From the NCBI RefSeq assembly GCF_006345805.1, contig NC_043001.1, forward strand, positions 82,398,001-82,462,000: a DNA stretch of 64,000 nucleotides. The letters are read 5' to 3'. The DNA comes from Octopus sinensis. Its lineage: Eukaryota. The position numbers and the translations under genes were made by a program. Position 1 is the stretch's first letter, and every line of letters starts with the position of its first letter. Positions 37,934-52,129 of this stretch are shown here, one piece after another. The notes under the pieces are model-generated. The model had not been told where the DNA came from and ran no database searches. It was given only the letters and a program-made list of their open reading frames with translations.

Positions 37934-38130
37934 TGTTTGTGTTTGCTCTCCCTACACCGCTTGACAACCGGTGTTGGGTTTGTTAACGTTCTTGGAACTT
38001 AGTGTTTAGGCAAAAGAGGTCGATAGTACTAGCGGTAATTTTTTTACCACTAAAACCCTTCAAGGCGGTGCTCCGGCATGGCTGCAGTCCGATGTCTAAA
38101 ACACACAAAGGATAAAAGATAAAAAGATAT
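37462..38130 (+). mobile_element. SINE family B copy split by a large internal microsatellite
   Basis: Head ATGGCTGTGTGATTAAG...CTCAGTCCCACTGCG at 37463-37575; tail ACCGCTTGACAACCGGTGTTGG...AAGGCGGTGCTCCGGCATGGCTGCAGTC at 37955-38130. Confidence 0.75.
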
Positions 38131-38506
38131 ATTCAAACGCTTTCTACTGCTAACGTTTATTTGATACGATGACTTCTCTGAAGAAGCTAAAAGTAAGGTA
38201 GAACTTGCCCAAGATGGTGCTATAGACAAATGAAGACGAAGTGAGATTTGGCTTCTCCGTTTCAAATTTGTGTTTAATCTTACTGGTGCCCTATATACGA
38301 GTACCTTCACTGTTACCCTCATTATACAACTAAGGGGTGTGAGATGACGGGATTTGAATGAATACCCAGATTAGCGGAGAGGTACAAGGATATTGGTTCT
38401 CTTGTCTAGATTTTATTTCACTGTAGACAGTTTTTTAAATTTCTATATAAACAGATACATATGTAAGTATGTACGTATATAAATGTGTATGTGTGTTTGC
38501 ATTATA

Positions 38507-38616
<110 letters not shown>

Positions 38617-39399
38617 CATATATATATGTGTGTGTGTGTGTATGTGTGTGAGTGTGTATGTATGTATACATATATATATATATATGTATATAATGTTTGC
38701 ATGTGTATATGTATGTATATGCGTACATACATATATACATGCATATATGTGTGTGAGTGTGTACACAAGCAAGTATGTAGTATACAGGAAAAGAATGCGT
38801 GAGAGAAGTAATATGTATGTGTGTATAAGTGTATGTTGGTGTGTGTCTATGTACGTGTGTGTTGGTGTGTATGTGTTCTGTACTTATGTGTATACGTATG
38901 TTTATGTGTTGTGGTGCCGATAGACATTCAGACGAGCAAAACAATTATTCCTTCATCGTCAGTTTCGATTACCAGTGGAAACTGCTTGTCTTACGTCACT
39001 CAACCGGTTATAAAAAGCATGGCTATCGCATTTTATTTTTATTTCCCGCCTCATAAAATAACCGAAGATGCCAAAAGTGAATCATTATATTTGTTGATAA
39101 GACAAATCAATGTTTGAGTTGAATAATTAAAACGTAGCATTACTACAAAATTAAAACTTCATTCGCAAACATTGAGATTAAAGTCCTTTTACATTTACAT
39201 ATTGTTCAACTACATCGCAATAAAGACGATCACATCATGGGGGAGAAAAAAAAAAAATTTTTTTCTTTGATTTCTTATAATTTTCTTTGACCGCGTAAAA
39301 CAGACATCAATCAAGCCGCAATAAAGAAAAAAAAACAAACAACAATAAGAATGGTAATAACAATGATAAAAAAGAGGAAGAACAAGAACAACAACAACA

Positions 39400-39448
<49 letters not shown>

Positions 39449-39944
39449 CGACGACGATGATGACGATGATGATGATAATGATAATAAATAGCAAATGTTT
39501 CATGAATTTATGAAGAAAATTTTTTTAAAAAGACATTTCCGACAGACGTTTTCAAAATAAATAGACAAATAAATAAAAATAATTAAATAAATAAATAAAT
39601 AGATAAATAAATGATAAAATAAAATGGCTGCACGTAATTTTTGCCGACGACTTTTAAACATTCTAGACGTAGTTGCGTGAAAAAAGAAAAAAGAAAAAAG
39701 AAAACGAAAAAGAAATAGAAAAAAAGGCATGAAACGTCTGTTTATCATTGACAAGTGACATATTTGATTAGAAGAAAATTGCTAATATTTCTAAATGATA
39801 AAAATTCGAAAGTTACATGGAGATGTTAATGTTAAAAATGTCTTGAAAATGGTATTCCTACTCTTATCTTTTGTCTTTTAGTTGTTTCAGTCATTTGGAC
39901 TGAGGCTACGCGGGAGTACTGCCTTGAAGGGTTTTCATGAACAA

Positions 39945-40155
39945 ATAGAAGAAGAAGAAGAAGAAGAAGAAGAAGAAGAAGAAGAAGAAGAAGAAAAAGA
40001 AGAAGAAGAAGAAGAAGAAGAAGAAAAAGAAGAAGAAGAAAAAGAAGAAGAAGAAGAAGAAGAAGAAGAAGGGGAGGAAGAGGAGGAGGAGAAGGAGGTG
40101 AAGTAGAAGAAGAAGGAGGAGGAGGAGGAGGAAGAGGAGGAGAAGAAGAAGAAGA
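39945..40155. repeat. (GAA)n/(GAG)n tract
   Basis: Direct reading. Confidence 0.95.
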
Positions 40156-40344
40156 ATGCGCTCACGAGGCTTTGGTCATTCACACTTGCACAAAGTTCCA
40201 AACACTGAACACCAAACTATACTGTTTAGAAGTAGACTTCTTACCATACAGCCAAGCCAAGCCTATCGTTGGGTGTTTCAAATATTTCCTATATTAAAAA
40301 AAATATAATGGCATCAGTTTATTCAATAGTTAAAATGAAGCTCC

Positions 40345-40605
40345 AAGATATATCTCGCATCACTGATGCGTTAAGGGTTTTCGGTTGTTCCAACATCAGT
40401 CCACTTGATCCAGCTAGCATTCGGCAAATTTCAGCTTGTATCCCACTGCCCGAAAATTACCAGTTTGCCTACTTTATCCAAAGCCTCCCTGTGGCCATCT
40501 GATTTCTTCCTCTTTGCTGCAGCAGTAACTCCAAATCCTGTCAGAGCTTTGCAGGGCTTTGTAGAGCTTTGCAGATGAACGCCCCACGAAACACCTGCAA
40601 TTCAT
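40345..40605 (-). mobile_element. R2/HERO-like non-LTR retrotransposon 3' fragment (decayed)
   Basis: Across frameshifts the minus strand reads CRCFVGRSS / KALTGFGVTAAAKRK / MATGRLWIK*, resembling the GCRGF.G.S..KAL..LGITG..RR......A.RWLWIK C-terminus of HERO-type elements. Confidence 0.5.
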
Positions 40606-41279
40606 TAAGAAAACAAAAATCTAGAATTCAGTAACAGATCAATTGTTAGGTGCACATATGATAGCGTGGGTTAAGAAGTATGATGCGCATCCAGGTGATT
40701 CAGGGTTCGATCCGACAATGAAGTTCAGCGAGCAAGTGTCTTGTATTGTTGCCTTGGATTGGCGAATACTTTATGAATGAAATTTAGTAAGTGGAGATGG
40801 TACAGAAGCCCGTCATATATATGATATATGTGCACGCGCATGCTTATGTGTGTATGTATGTATGTATGTATGTATGTATGTATATGCAACAAACCTCGAA
40901 AATAAGTATTAACTTTATCAGAAATAGAATCCTAATGAAGGACAATCATGCAAAACCGATGTATGGGATGACACGTACAACAAATCTTAGAAACTAAGAA
41001 CTCTTTACACAGGTTTAACCTTACAAGAATTAGAATTTACTGAAGAAGCTAAGAGAGAACACGAAAGAACACACACAAATAACAAGCACATCAAACACAT
41101 ACATCCTATCTTCAGCTACCAAACAGATACCGTTATGGTTTCGATACCTGAGCAGTATCATTCACTTTGGTGCTGTCAGCAGCGTTAAAAGCATAAACGC
41201 TTACTAGGAGTCTAACACTAGCGACATATGTCCATTATATGTCCATTACATTTGGTAATCGTTACGTATATATATATCT

Positions 41280-41412
41280 ATATCTGCTTCCCAACTACAT
41301 GGTTCCGGGTTCAGTCTCAATGCATGGCACCTAGGGCAAGTGTCATCTATCTTCGAGCCGACCAAAGCCTTGTGAGTAGATTTGGTCGACGGAAACCGAA
41401 AAAAGACCACCG

Positions 41413-41453
<41 letters not shown>

Positions 41454-41454
41454 G

Positions 41455-41494
<40 letters not shown>

Positions 41495-41545
41495 CTGTGT
41501 GTGTGTGTGTGTGTGTATCTGTGTGTGTGTGTGTGTCTGTGTGTA

Positions 41546-41584
<39 letters not shown>

Positions 41585-41755
41585 CAATGTGCATGTTTTT
41601 GTCTGTGTTTGCCACCCCCTCCAACCATCGCTTGACAACTGTGTTTACGTCCCCGTAACTTAGCGGTTTGGCAAAAGAGACCGATAGAATAAGTATTAGG
41701 CTTAAATACTCCAGTATGGCCGCAGTCTAATGATGGACTGAAATAATAAAAGAGT
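41280..41755 (+). mobile_element. SINE family B copy
   Basis: GCTTCCCAACTACATGGTTCCGGGTTCAGTC...CACCTAGGGCAAGTGTC...CTTAGCGGTTTGGCAAAAGAGACCGATAGAATAAG...ATGGCCGCAGTC. Confidence 0.85.
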
Positions 41756-41762
41756 AGCAGAT

Positions 41763-41802
<40 letters not shown>

Positions 41803-41834
41803 ATATATTCCTACATACATACAAATATATATAT

Positions 41835-41865
<31 letters not shown>

Positions 41866-42469
41866 AATATGTATGTGTATGTGCGTGTATGTGTGCGTGT
41901 ATACATACATATACACATATATACATACATAAGTGTCACTTCACCATTACCATCATCATCATCCGCTTCCCTATTCTTTCACCCTCCACTGTTTACATGC
42001 CTGTTTACAAAATTTTCTAATTCTTCTGCTGTTCACCATTACATTACAGACAAGCTTATCAGAATTGTTTTGTTTTTGTTTCCTGTTTGTTGGTAGCCAT
42101 TACTGCTAGTGTCTGTGACGTCATCAGCAGTGGGCGGAGCAGGGAGGTGTACTGTATTAGAGATAACACATAGCTTATTGACAAGTGGTGGTCGAAAGTG
42201 GAAGCTTCTGATACTATCTTCGCTTGTCTGTGTTGTTGTTGTTTTTGTTGTTGTTGTTGTTGCTGTTGTTGTTCTTGTTCTTCTTGATAAGGAATTGTGA
42301 CATTGATGGTGGTGGCCACGTGGTTGATGATGATGAGGATGGTGATGTTGGTGGTGGTGGTGATGGTTGTGGTGGCGGCGGCTGTGTAATGATTACGGCG
42401 ATGACGATGATGATGAGAGTAGTAATAATGGTGTTAATGATTTCTTATAACGAGAACAATGATATATTA

Positions 42470-42497
42470 TCACAACAGCAATAATAATAATAATAAC

Positions 42498-42569
<72 letters not shown>

Positions 42570-42611
42570 AAGAAGAAAAAGAAGAAGAAGAAGAAGAAGA
42601 AGATAATGATA

Positions 42612-42661
<50 letters not shown>

Positions 42662-42780
42662 GAAGAAGAAGAAGAAGAAGAAGAAGAAGAAGAAGAAGAA
42701 GGAAGAAGAAGAAGAAGAAGAAGAAGAAGAAGAAGAAGAAGAAGAAGAAGAAGAAGAAGAAGAAGAAGAAGAAGAATCTT
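42470..42780. repeat. Compound (AAT)n(AAG)n(ATG)n(AAG/GAA)n trinucleotide tract
   Basis: Direct reading. Confidence 0.95.
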
Positions 42781-43469
42781 TGACAACATCGCCATCATCA
42801 CTAACAATAACAAGTATAATATAAATAAAGATAGAAAAGGAAAAATCAATCAGTTTTGAATTGATCATTGATCAAATTATTAATGGAAGTTAAGAAGTGA
42901 GGAAAAATCGAACTTGGTGTGAAATTCTACATCTATTGGTATTGTTATTATTGAAGTTCGATCAGTAGATTGATAATTAAGACTGACTTGACGTATGGAG
43001 GGGAAAGGGTTATGTTGGGGTGGCGTACGGTGGCTAAGTTAGACTAAAGATATAGAGGGGGCGGCAAATAGATGAAGAGGAACGAAAACGGAAGAGGGAA
43101 AGGAATTAGAGAAAAAGAAGAAGATAAAATATTGAATGATTAAAATGAAAAGCAAAAAAAGCTATGAAGTAAATATAAAAATTCACACACACACACATAC
43201 ACACACATAGATACACACACATGCACGCGCACACAGAGTCAATTCAAATAAACGAATAAAAAAAACGGAATAAACGAACGTGTGGACGTACATTAGAAAT
43301 ATATAATACACACACGCACAAACATACATACACACACATACACATTACATACATATATATGTATGCGTGTGTGTATGTAATATATATATATGTATAGATA
43401 TGTGTTTGTGTGTGTTCGTATGTATGTATTGACTGGACAGAAGCTCGTCGCAATATTACTGTATCGATT

Positions 43470-43742
43470 AGCCATTCGAATGTTGTTATACATCGCTGAT
43501 CACATTGCGCTTCCTCGCGTTGTCATTATTTTTGAATGATGCTACCCCGCTGGTTAGGTGGGCAGGCTAACTTTTTCGCTGAACGGAATGTTGGTCCGTT
43601 GCAGGGTTATCTATTTACAATTGAGTGGACGGTAACAACGTGGAATGAAGAATAAAACGCATCGCCCGGTCTGGCAATCGAAACCGCAATCTTACGAACA
43701 TATGCGCAACACTGTAATCACTAATACACGCGCCTCCATGTA
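43470..43742 (-). mobile_element. SINE family C (tRNA-derived head, RTE-type tail), diverged
   Basis: Minus strand GGAGGCGCG..TTAG..GATTGCGGTTTCGATTGCCAGACCGGGCG head; tail region homologous to 51058-51190. Confidence 0.65.
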
Positions 43743-44149
43743 TGGATTTGTGTGACTGTGTGTGTGTGTGTGTGTGTGTATGTGTGTGTATGCATATATA
43801 TATATGTGTGTGTCTTTCTTCTCGTGTCTGTCTCACATCGGTTTTGGTTTCTTTATATCCCCGTAAATTGGCAATTTGGCCAAAGAGACCAATAGAAGCA
43901 GAAGTACCTGGCTTAAATTAATACAAGTAATACGGTTGATTTCTTCGGTTAAACCCTTAAGAAAAAACTATTTTGCGGTTTTGCGTTTTCGAGATTCTAA
44001 CAGTTGCATTCTTCAATAAGTTTTTTTCACTCTTTGGCTGTATTTAAAGCATTCACTTTCTAAACCGTATAGAAAATATTCTTAAAATGTTTAACCAAAC
44101 CAAACGCCACTGTAATAGATTCCAAAAAGCCTTACAGGTTAATAATTAT

Positions 44150-44820
44150 TTCTATTATAGGCACAAGGTCTGAAATATTGGTGGTAGAGTCTAGTTGATC
44201 ACATTGACCTCAGTTCTCCACTGCTACTTTTATTTTCATTCCCGATATGATGAAACGCAAATTCGACCTCGGCCTAATTAGAATTCAGAGCATAAAAATC
44301 TGAAAGAAATACCGCTAAGTCTTTTTTCCAGCATGATAAGATTCTGTCAGCTAGCTGCCTCTTTAACATTTTTTTCTCTTTAATTTTAGCACAAAACGAG
44401 CAATTTTGAAGGAAACGTGTTAGATATGTCGTAACGGAGGGGGTAAAATGTTATCGATTTCAGTGCTTACTTGCTACTTATTTTAGTGACCCCGAAAGGA
44501 TGAAAGGCAAAGTCGACCTCAACGGAATTTGAACTTTGAGCGTAACGAGCCGAAAGAAATACCGCTAAGAATTTTGTCCGGGGCGACAACGATTCTGCTA
44601 TCTCGTGATCTTAAAGCTTAATATTGGTTTCAAGTTTTGGCACAAAGCCAGCAATTCCGACTCCAGTACTCAGTTTGTACTTATTTTATCATTCCCGAAA
44701 GGATGAAAGGCAAAGTCGACCTCAGTGAAATTTGAACTCAGAGTGTAAAGTCCCAGAAGAAATATGGTTAAGCATTTCGTTCGGTACGGTAACAATTCTG
44801 CCAGCTCGCCGCATTTTTAT
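44150..44820 (-). mobile_element. Cluster of three family A SINEs
   Basis: Repeated GAAAGGATGAAAGGCAAAGTCGACCTC..ATTTGAACT..GAAATACCGCTAAG..ATTCTGCCAGCTCGCC at about 44150-44370, 44450-44615 and 44630-44815. Confidence 0.85.
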
Positions 44821-45659
44821 AGCTTAATATTCGAGTTCATTTAAGTGCAATGAAAAACCCTTTTAAAACTTATTTGTTGAACCTGGAAAAGCATTAACCA
44901 AGGTAAAGGTAAATTGTTCCATGCATGTTATATGTAAAAATAGGCATCAAGTCATTCAAGTACGTAGCTAGGATTCAACCGCTGTACATTAGTCATAAGC
45001 TGTTTCACCTTCATTTAAAAGTAAATTAAAATTCTCGTTTATAGCATAACTATGACAGCCATTAAACTGGCCGTCTTTGCCATGATTCACATCACATCAT
45101 CGAAATGTTTATTGCTTGCTTGTGCATGGGAAACTTACTGATATATTATGCGGCAGAAAGAAGCAAGTGAATGACTAACAGCTTCTGTACCAGAAATCAA
45201 CATTCTGACTTACTGTTTTAGGACGACATCATTCGCAACCAAAATCATTTTTGACAAATCTTTTTGACTGTCACGAAATATTTCTATTCAAATCAATTTG
45301 TCTTTCGCGAAATTCTTCGTATCTTATTCTGGTATGTTTTGAGGCAAATTTTCTATATCTACTCTACACGAAAAGAATTTCCATGAAAATTTCGTGCAAA
45401 ATAGTTAATTGAGCTGATAACATCAAATAGTGGTTTCATCAAGACAAATAGAAAATAAAAAATAGACGTAGGTTTTTGACTGTTTTTGATTCTCTATGGA
45501 AAAAAATCTCAGTGTACACAATTCAAACAGGCATTACATTAAAATAGCCATTTGAATATTGTACAAGATATTTATACTGTTTGAAGGTATGATGCCGTAC
45601 AATGTCAGAGATATAATCTCTTTATAGATTTGTTGATTTAAAAACACTATATATATCGG

Positions 45660-45885
45660 ACTGAAAAGCAGCGAGATGACTGAATCGTTAGCACGTCGGG
45701 CGAAATGCTAAGAAACCTTGAAATGATGAAAGACAAAGCCGACTTCGGCAGAATTCTGCCGGGTCAACTTTATCTTTCATCCTTTTAGGGTCGATAAAAT
45801 AAGTACCAGTTGAGCACTGGGGTCAATGGAATCGACTTAACCCTCATCCCCAGAATGCTGGCCTTGGGCCAAAATTTGAAAGACA
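45660..45885 (+). mobile_element. Family A SINE with internal rearrangement
   Basis: GCAGCGAGATGACTGAATCGTTAGCACG head, CTTTCATCCTTTTAGGGTCGATAAAATAAGTACCAG core, GGCCTTGGGCC tail. Confidence 0.75.
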
Positions 45886-46084
45886 TGTGTATCGGAGCGA
45901 GACGAACATGGCCGCTGCATTGATGCACAAGAACGATAGACACGCTTTTCTTCAGCTGAGGCTCGTCAATGCTGGACATTCAATTTTCACCTGTCTATGA
46001 AGAGATTTTATCTCAGACAATTTCACATCATCATGTCTTCTAGCGGTGTGTATACATTTAGTATGATACACAGATGGCAATTTT

Positions 46085-46320
46085 GATTCTTTGTTTTTAG
46101 CTTTTAATTTTACTTGTTTCAGTCATTGCACTGTGGCCTTGCTGGGGCAGCACCTTGAAGGGTTTTTTTAATCGAACAAAACGATCCCAGTAATTACTTT
46201 ATAAGCCTGACAGTTATGGTATCGAACTCTCATTTTGGTATTTATTCTATCTCTCTTGCCAAACCGCTAGGTTAAGAGAGCGTAAACAAACCAATACCTG
46301 TTGCCAGGCGAGGAAGAGGG
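46085..46320 (-). mobile_element. SINE family B 3' half
   Basis: TTTTACTTGTTTCAGTCATT..GCTGGGGCAGCACCTTGAAG..TTGCCAAACCGCTAGGTT. Confidence 0.75.
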
Positions 46321-46358
46321 AAAATATATATACACAGACACACAAATTTATGTTTCTG

Positions 46359-46492
<134 letters not shown>

Positions 46493-47043
46493 ACATATAT
46501 ATATATATGCACATATACTTATATATGTACATGTATATACCTACACATATATATATATATATATGCACGTATACATATATGTACATGTATATATACATGC
46601 ATACTCATATATATATATATATATAAATTGAACGTTAATAAAAGTGTTGTGCATGCATAACGTTACTTAATAAATGAAAAAATGCATAGTAAATAAACAA
46701 CGACAAATAAAAAACGTATACGTATACAACCGGACGGGAGACAGACACTGAAGGTCCCTAATTCTTCATTAGTTATCAACCAAATTGTAATGATTAGTTT
46801 AGCACTGTTAATAAGACCAAGGACAGCCTATATTGGCGGCGCCTCGAGCAAACAAAACAAAAAAATGTAATTTGAGACGATAGACAAAGACGAAATATAT
46901 AGGAAACGAGCAAAATAGGGCCAAAAAGACTAGAATGGTGGGTAATGCTTAAAAGAAATCTTGAAGGATATAGAAAACAGCAAATAGCAAAAGATGGAAA
47001 TTGCTTTGATGAACGGATAGGTGGGCGACCGGTGTGAAAAAGG

Positions 47044-47069
<26 letters not shown>

Positions 47070-47074
<5 letters not shown>

Positions 47075-47195
47075 CTAAGCAATAAGGGTTTAGCAACGAG
47101 TTGCCTTACCACATACCGAATTTAGAAATAGCAGTCAAAGGGTTATAGCTATTTCTTCTACTAAAAAGGGAGATCTCAGTAAAAACAGCATATAT
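47070..47195. mobile_element. TA-anchored Penelope-like terminal fragment
   Basis: TACTAAGCAATAAGGGTTTAGCAA..TTACCACATA.CGAA.TTTAGAAATAGCAG homologous to 52561-52680. Confidence 0.55.
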
Positions 47196-47547
47196 ATATG
47201 TATCCCGTTCTGTGGGTGGGTGTGTGAGTGTGTGTAAAAGAATATAACGGCTGTATTTTTCAACTGGGAACATACATTACTTTATGTTCCAGGGATGATT
47301 TTAGACTCTTAAACTTTTTCACATAATGAGCAACGGGCTCCCTGGGGGCAGAAAACATCCGTTCCTGGGTTATGTGGAGATGAGAGGTAACTCTTTGCGA
47401 AGTATCAGAAATTGATTGTCTTCCTTACACCCATTGGTCAAAATTAATGTTTTTTATATTAGATTCATGTCTTTGAAAGTTTTTAAAAATATTTACTTCC
47501 GATCTTCTAAGGTGATATCTATATCTCTCTATCTCTATCTATCCATC

Positions 47548-47672
<125 letters not shown>

Positions 47673-49147
47673 TATATATATATACATATATTTCTCTATC
47701 TATATCTCTCGATCCATCTCTATCTCTATATCTATCTCTCTGTATCTATCTGTCTATATCTTATCTATCTCTATCTATAGCATTTGTCAAACAGGCTAGC
47801 TCTCTTTGTCTCTGCCACTCTCTATATCTCACTCACTCTCTATTGTTTTCACTTTCAGTTTTCAGACGCTATTGTTTTTACTTTAAGTTTAATCACTATT
47901 GTTTTCATTGCAAGTTTTCAATCGTTATCTACAAACAACGACAAATTACTGATAGAAAGAAGTTCACAATTATTGATGAAAGTTATTTCATACATCATTT
48001 CTTGACAGAATTATAATTTCACTTAAATCATACACTTCGTTAAATTTGCCTACAAATTTCCTATTTGCTTTTGCAACATTTTGTGTTATTTTGTTGTTGA
48101 TGGGATCTGTACATATAAATTTGACATAGGCGATTCTTTCTTGTCTTGGGATTCACAGTCAAACGGCCGGGTGGAATTGCGCGAAACATTACACAGATGT
48201 GTAGAATGATCCGGTGGTGATGCTGGGCTTTTTATTTTTACATAGCTCCCATGGTTACCGAGATAGTCTATAATAATAATACTCTTGTGTTTATGAACGA
48301 GAAATAAAGAGGCGATAGATAATGTCATATTTTTCATAGCTCCTATGGTTACCGAGATAATCTATTATAATAATACTCTCGTGTTTATGAATAAGTAAGG
48401 AAGGACTGATAGATGAATACGGAAGGAAGGGGTGATGCCATACTTGGTAGGGGGATGAAGAAAATTGTACGCTGAAGAAATAAACAAAACAGCGTTTCAA
48501 CTCTGTGTGAATGTATGTGTGTTTATGTAAAAGGTTGTATGTGAATGTGTGTGTGTGCTTGTGTGCGTGTTTGTGTGTGCATGTGCGTGTGCGCGCGCAA
48601 TGGAAGTAGTATGGTTCATCGTTGTTTGCTTAGTATTTGGGTTTATTTTTTGATTTGGCTGAATCTTGGTTGTTTTTTTGTTTTTGTTGGTTAGTTGTTT
48701 TTAGCGATTTGACAGAAAAAGTCATTCTAAAATTATTTTTTAACGTAAGCGTGCCCAAACAATTTGAATGCTTACACAGAGCAGGTCTTACAGCCACATC
48801 ATTCAAACCGACCGGGTGAAACTGGGCTTAGCTGCTAGTTGCTTATAAAAGTACGTTCATAATTTACTTACAGAATTGACTTCAAAACTTTCACTTAAAT
48901 CCGTAAACTTAGTTAATTTCTCTAACAATTTCTTATTTACTTTTGCAACAGTTTTGTGTTTTTCTTTCGTTAACGGTTTTTTCTGGTTCTTTGCTTCACT
49001 GACAAATTTCGCTTCAACCCTTTAATTTTTAAACTTTTCTTAAACATTTCTTATTTACTTTCTGCCCGTCGTATTAAGATATATAATTTCCGTTAGCCAG
49101 TTATTTTCATTGTTTACTATCTTCAGCACCCGTGTATTTCTGTATAC

Positions 49148-49745
49148 ATGCCTAGAAGGAAAGTGCCAAATTTGTCTACAATGACAAGGTCAGCCAAAAG
49201 AATGCCTCTGCCGAGAGAAAGAGAGACAGCTGCCGAAAGAGAAGCATACCAAGAAACGAACAGATTGTATACTACAAAAGCCAAAGCATCTCAAAGTGAT
49301 GAACAGAGGTATGCAGGGCAGACAAGGAATAGGATCTCCACTGCAGAACGAAGAGCAGTTGCAACAGCTCAGAGAAGCAGTTTCTATGAAGCAGCTTTCA
49401 ATTATGATTATTGTGCAAATGATTATTGTTCATTATGCAGATGACACTAGAGTTTACATTGGTGCAATGACAACTGAATAAATACATTTTAAAGTAAGGT
49501 AGTAGCCTGGAGAGTTGCCTGCACTGTGCTGCAGTGGTGGAAAGGTTAAACTCCCTACAATCCTCCAAAGCCATTGAAGAAACTATTGTCATCAATTGAG
49601 CAAGAATCCAAGCACTTCGAAAACAAAATTAGACAATACAACGCTGCACTACATCATTTAGAGACACAAGAGATATAACTGAGCCCAGATTCATGCAAAC
49701 TTTCAATATCCAAGGTCAGATTTATCATCGGATTGGCTCTCTATT
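49148..49745 (+). mobile_element. Helitron RepHel N-terminal pseudo-ORF
   Basis: MPRRKVPNLS...FYEAAFNYD...TRVYIGAMT...ALCCSGGKVKLP..PPKPLKKLL...ESKHFENKIRQYN...FMQTFNIQGQIYHRIGSL matches the Helitron N-terminal CC.GKVKLP and F.IQGQIYHRIGSL motifs; stops and frameshifts present. Confidence 0.85.
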
Positions 49746-49954
49746 ATTTCTGTTAAATGAATCACCAAAATCGGCCTTTCATTGTTTATAATCTGTACCT
49801 GTTCTTTGGTTACGGAATAAGCTACACAAAACGTGTTTTTGAATTACGTGTATTTACTTTATATACATATATGTTGAAAACGTCCTTCTAACATTTCCTT
49901 TAACGTCTAAGTTCCATGTTGGCATTGGTTGGAGAGTTATTAATGTAGAAAGTA

Positions 49955-50210
49955 AACAAAGTAGCACCAGTTGTCAACAGGTGGGGGGACAAACACAGAC
50001 ACAAATACGCACACACATACACACATACACATACATATATACAGACACGACGAGCTTCTTTCAGTTTCTGTCCACCAAATTCATTCATAAGGCTTTTGTC
50101 GGCCCAAGGCTGTAGTAGAAGACACTTGCTCAAGGTGTCAAGCTGTGGGACTGAACCCGGAACCGTGTGTTTGGGAAGCAATCTACTTACTATACAGCCA
50201 CCCATGCGCC
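49955..50210 (-). mobile_element. SINE family B copy
   Basis: ACGAGCTTCTTTCAGTTTCTGTCCACCAAAT...GAAGACACTTGCTCAAGGTG...GGGACTGAACCCGGAACC...TACACAGCCAC-like head. Confidence 0.85.
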
Positions 50211-50265
<55 letters not shown>

Positions 50266-50785
50266 CTGTGTGTGTGTGTTTGTGTGTGTGAGAGAGAGAG
50301 AGTGTGTGTATGTGTGTATTATATATGCACATATGTAGATATATATATACACGCGCACAAACATATGCATACAATTTTGCACAGTTGCTGACGAAGGAAT
50401 CTCCCTAATAAATTCATTTGCTCATTGAACATTTTATAAGATTATAATTTATACATATTTTGAAAGTGTTATTTCCATGAATTATTTCATATAATTTTTG
50501 TTTTAACCATGAAAGGATTATTTTCAAGCGATAATTCTAAGTAACAAACGTGTATAAATTAGATTATACAAGATTATCTTTCTCGCAAATTTGATTATAT
50601 CGAGTCAGTATCATCAATCATAAAGCAAGAATTTAAATCGCAAACAGCGAGAGGAAGTCTTTATGAGCTTTATTCCAGCACGCGCTATATTTTATGTTTT
50701 ATATTTTAATGGTGTGTTCATTGGACTGCGGTCATGCTGGAGCACTGTATACATAATTACATAAATACACACACACACACAAACA

Positions 50786-50826
<41 letters not shown>

Positions 50827-50839
50827 ACACACACAACAC

Positions 50840-50874
<35 letters not shown>

Positions 50875-51057
50875 CGCTACAGCACACGAGCACACAGAAA
50901 GTGTCGCTGAAGAGGTCACAAACTAAGAAAGATCTCCGGACATCGTTAGAATGAACAGTAAAAACGATGGAGACGAATATTAGTACGTGAGTTTATTTGG
51001 AAAATGAAAGACCATCCCGAAATATAATATACATATGTGTATATATATATATATATA

Positions 51058-51190
51058 TATCACCGTGACCACCGTGATCACCGTGACCGACCAGGCTATC
51101 AGATGTTGCTACACATCGTTTGTCAAAATGCGCTTCGCATTGTTTTATCCTTCATATGACGCTACCCCGCTGGCTAAGCGAGCAAGCCAA
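51058..51190 (-). mobile_element. SINE family C 3' end
   Basis: (ATCACCGTG)n tail next to (TA)n, ACCGACCAGGCTATCAGATGTTGCTACACATCG..AATGCGCTTCGC..GCTACCCCGCTGGCTAAGCGAGC. Confidence 0.75.
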
Positions 51191-51339
51191 TATATATATA
51201 TATATGTATGCATGTATGTATGTATGTATGTATGTATGTATGTATGTATGTATGTATGTATGTATGTGTGTGTGTGTGTATATATATATATATGTATTTA
51301 TGTATGTATATACATACATACACACACACATACACGACA

Positions 51340-51450
51340 GGATCCTTTCAGTTTCGATCTACCAAGTCTACCCACAAGGCTTTGTTGGCTTGGCCCACGG
51401 TGTCACGTTATGAAACTGCAGCTGGAATCATATGGTTGTCAAGCCATGCG
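51340..51450 (-). mobile_element. SINE family B fragment
   Basis: TTTCAGTTTCGATCTACCAAGTCTACCCACAAGGCTTTGTTGG. Confidence 0.65.
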
Positions 51451-52055
51451 TAATTTAAATAAATTGATTCAGCATGTAATATTTTCCTGACAACCATGCA
51501 TCATATATGATACACCTCCCACCACACTATTTGTTCTTTTTTTTTTTCAACTCATGGAAAGTTTCATATTACTCAGATCGCGTTAAACAAGGACTAACTA
51601 AAACCTGAACCCAAGCATGGCTGTTTAGGACAAAATTATGAATATCCTTCGGAGAGGCAATAGGTTAAACATATTCTAATATCGATTTGTTAATTGAGAG
51701 AGAGTTAAGAATCAGTTTGCCGCTCCACATACTAAGAAGCGTAATTTTCCCTCGGCAAGAAGAAACTTTCTCTGAGAAAATTCTGAACTTTCTAATAAAA
51801 TAATTGGTCAAAATTACGTGTAAAATTCATTAATGAATGGCCTGTAGTTACCAATAGTAACAGTAAGTTAATTGTAATCCAATTACGCTGATTAAAATGA
51901 CCCTTAACACCATTTTGACTACGCGAATACTTTAATTCCTAATCTTTCTTCGAAATTTTTCTTAAGGTATTTCCTTCTTACTACCATCAGAATCAAAATT
52001 AGCACCGCGCTCTTAACCACTACGTCATATCCGTCAAGTGTAAATGATGTACATA

Positions 52056-52125
<70 letters not shown>

Positions 52126-52129
<4 letters not shown>

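Noticed and set aside
40460-40640. Good-looking minus-strand splice acceptor (TTTTTGTTTTCTTAATGAATTGCAG|G at about 40595) with downstream GT donors
   Set aside because: The peptide across three frames is better explained as a frameshifted HERO-like LINE C-terminus; no partner exons were found.
45890-46010. Short GC-richer stretch with open frames (MSSIDEPQLKK.. / YRSETNMAAALMHK..)
   Set aside because: Too short, no recognisable homology; the listed ORF runs into a SINE.
50385-50930. Further hammerhead-like seeds (CTGACGAAGG at about 50389, CTGAAGAGGTC at about 50907; also 59600-59640 and 8140-8170)
   Set aside because: The core or stem II/III cannot be completed without several assumed mutations.
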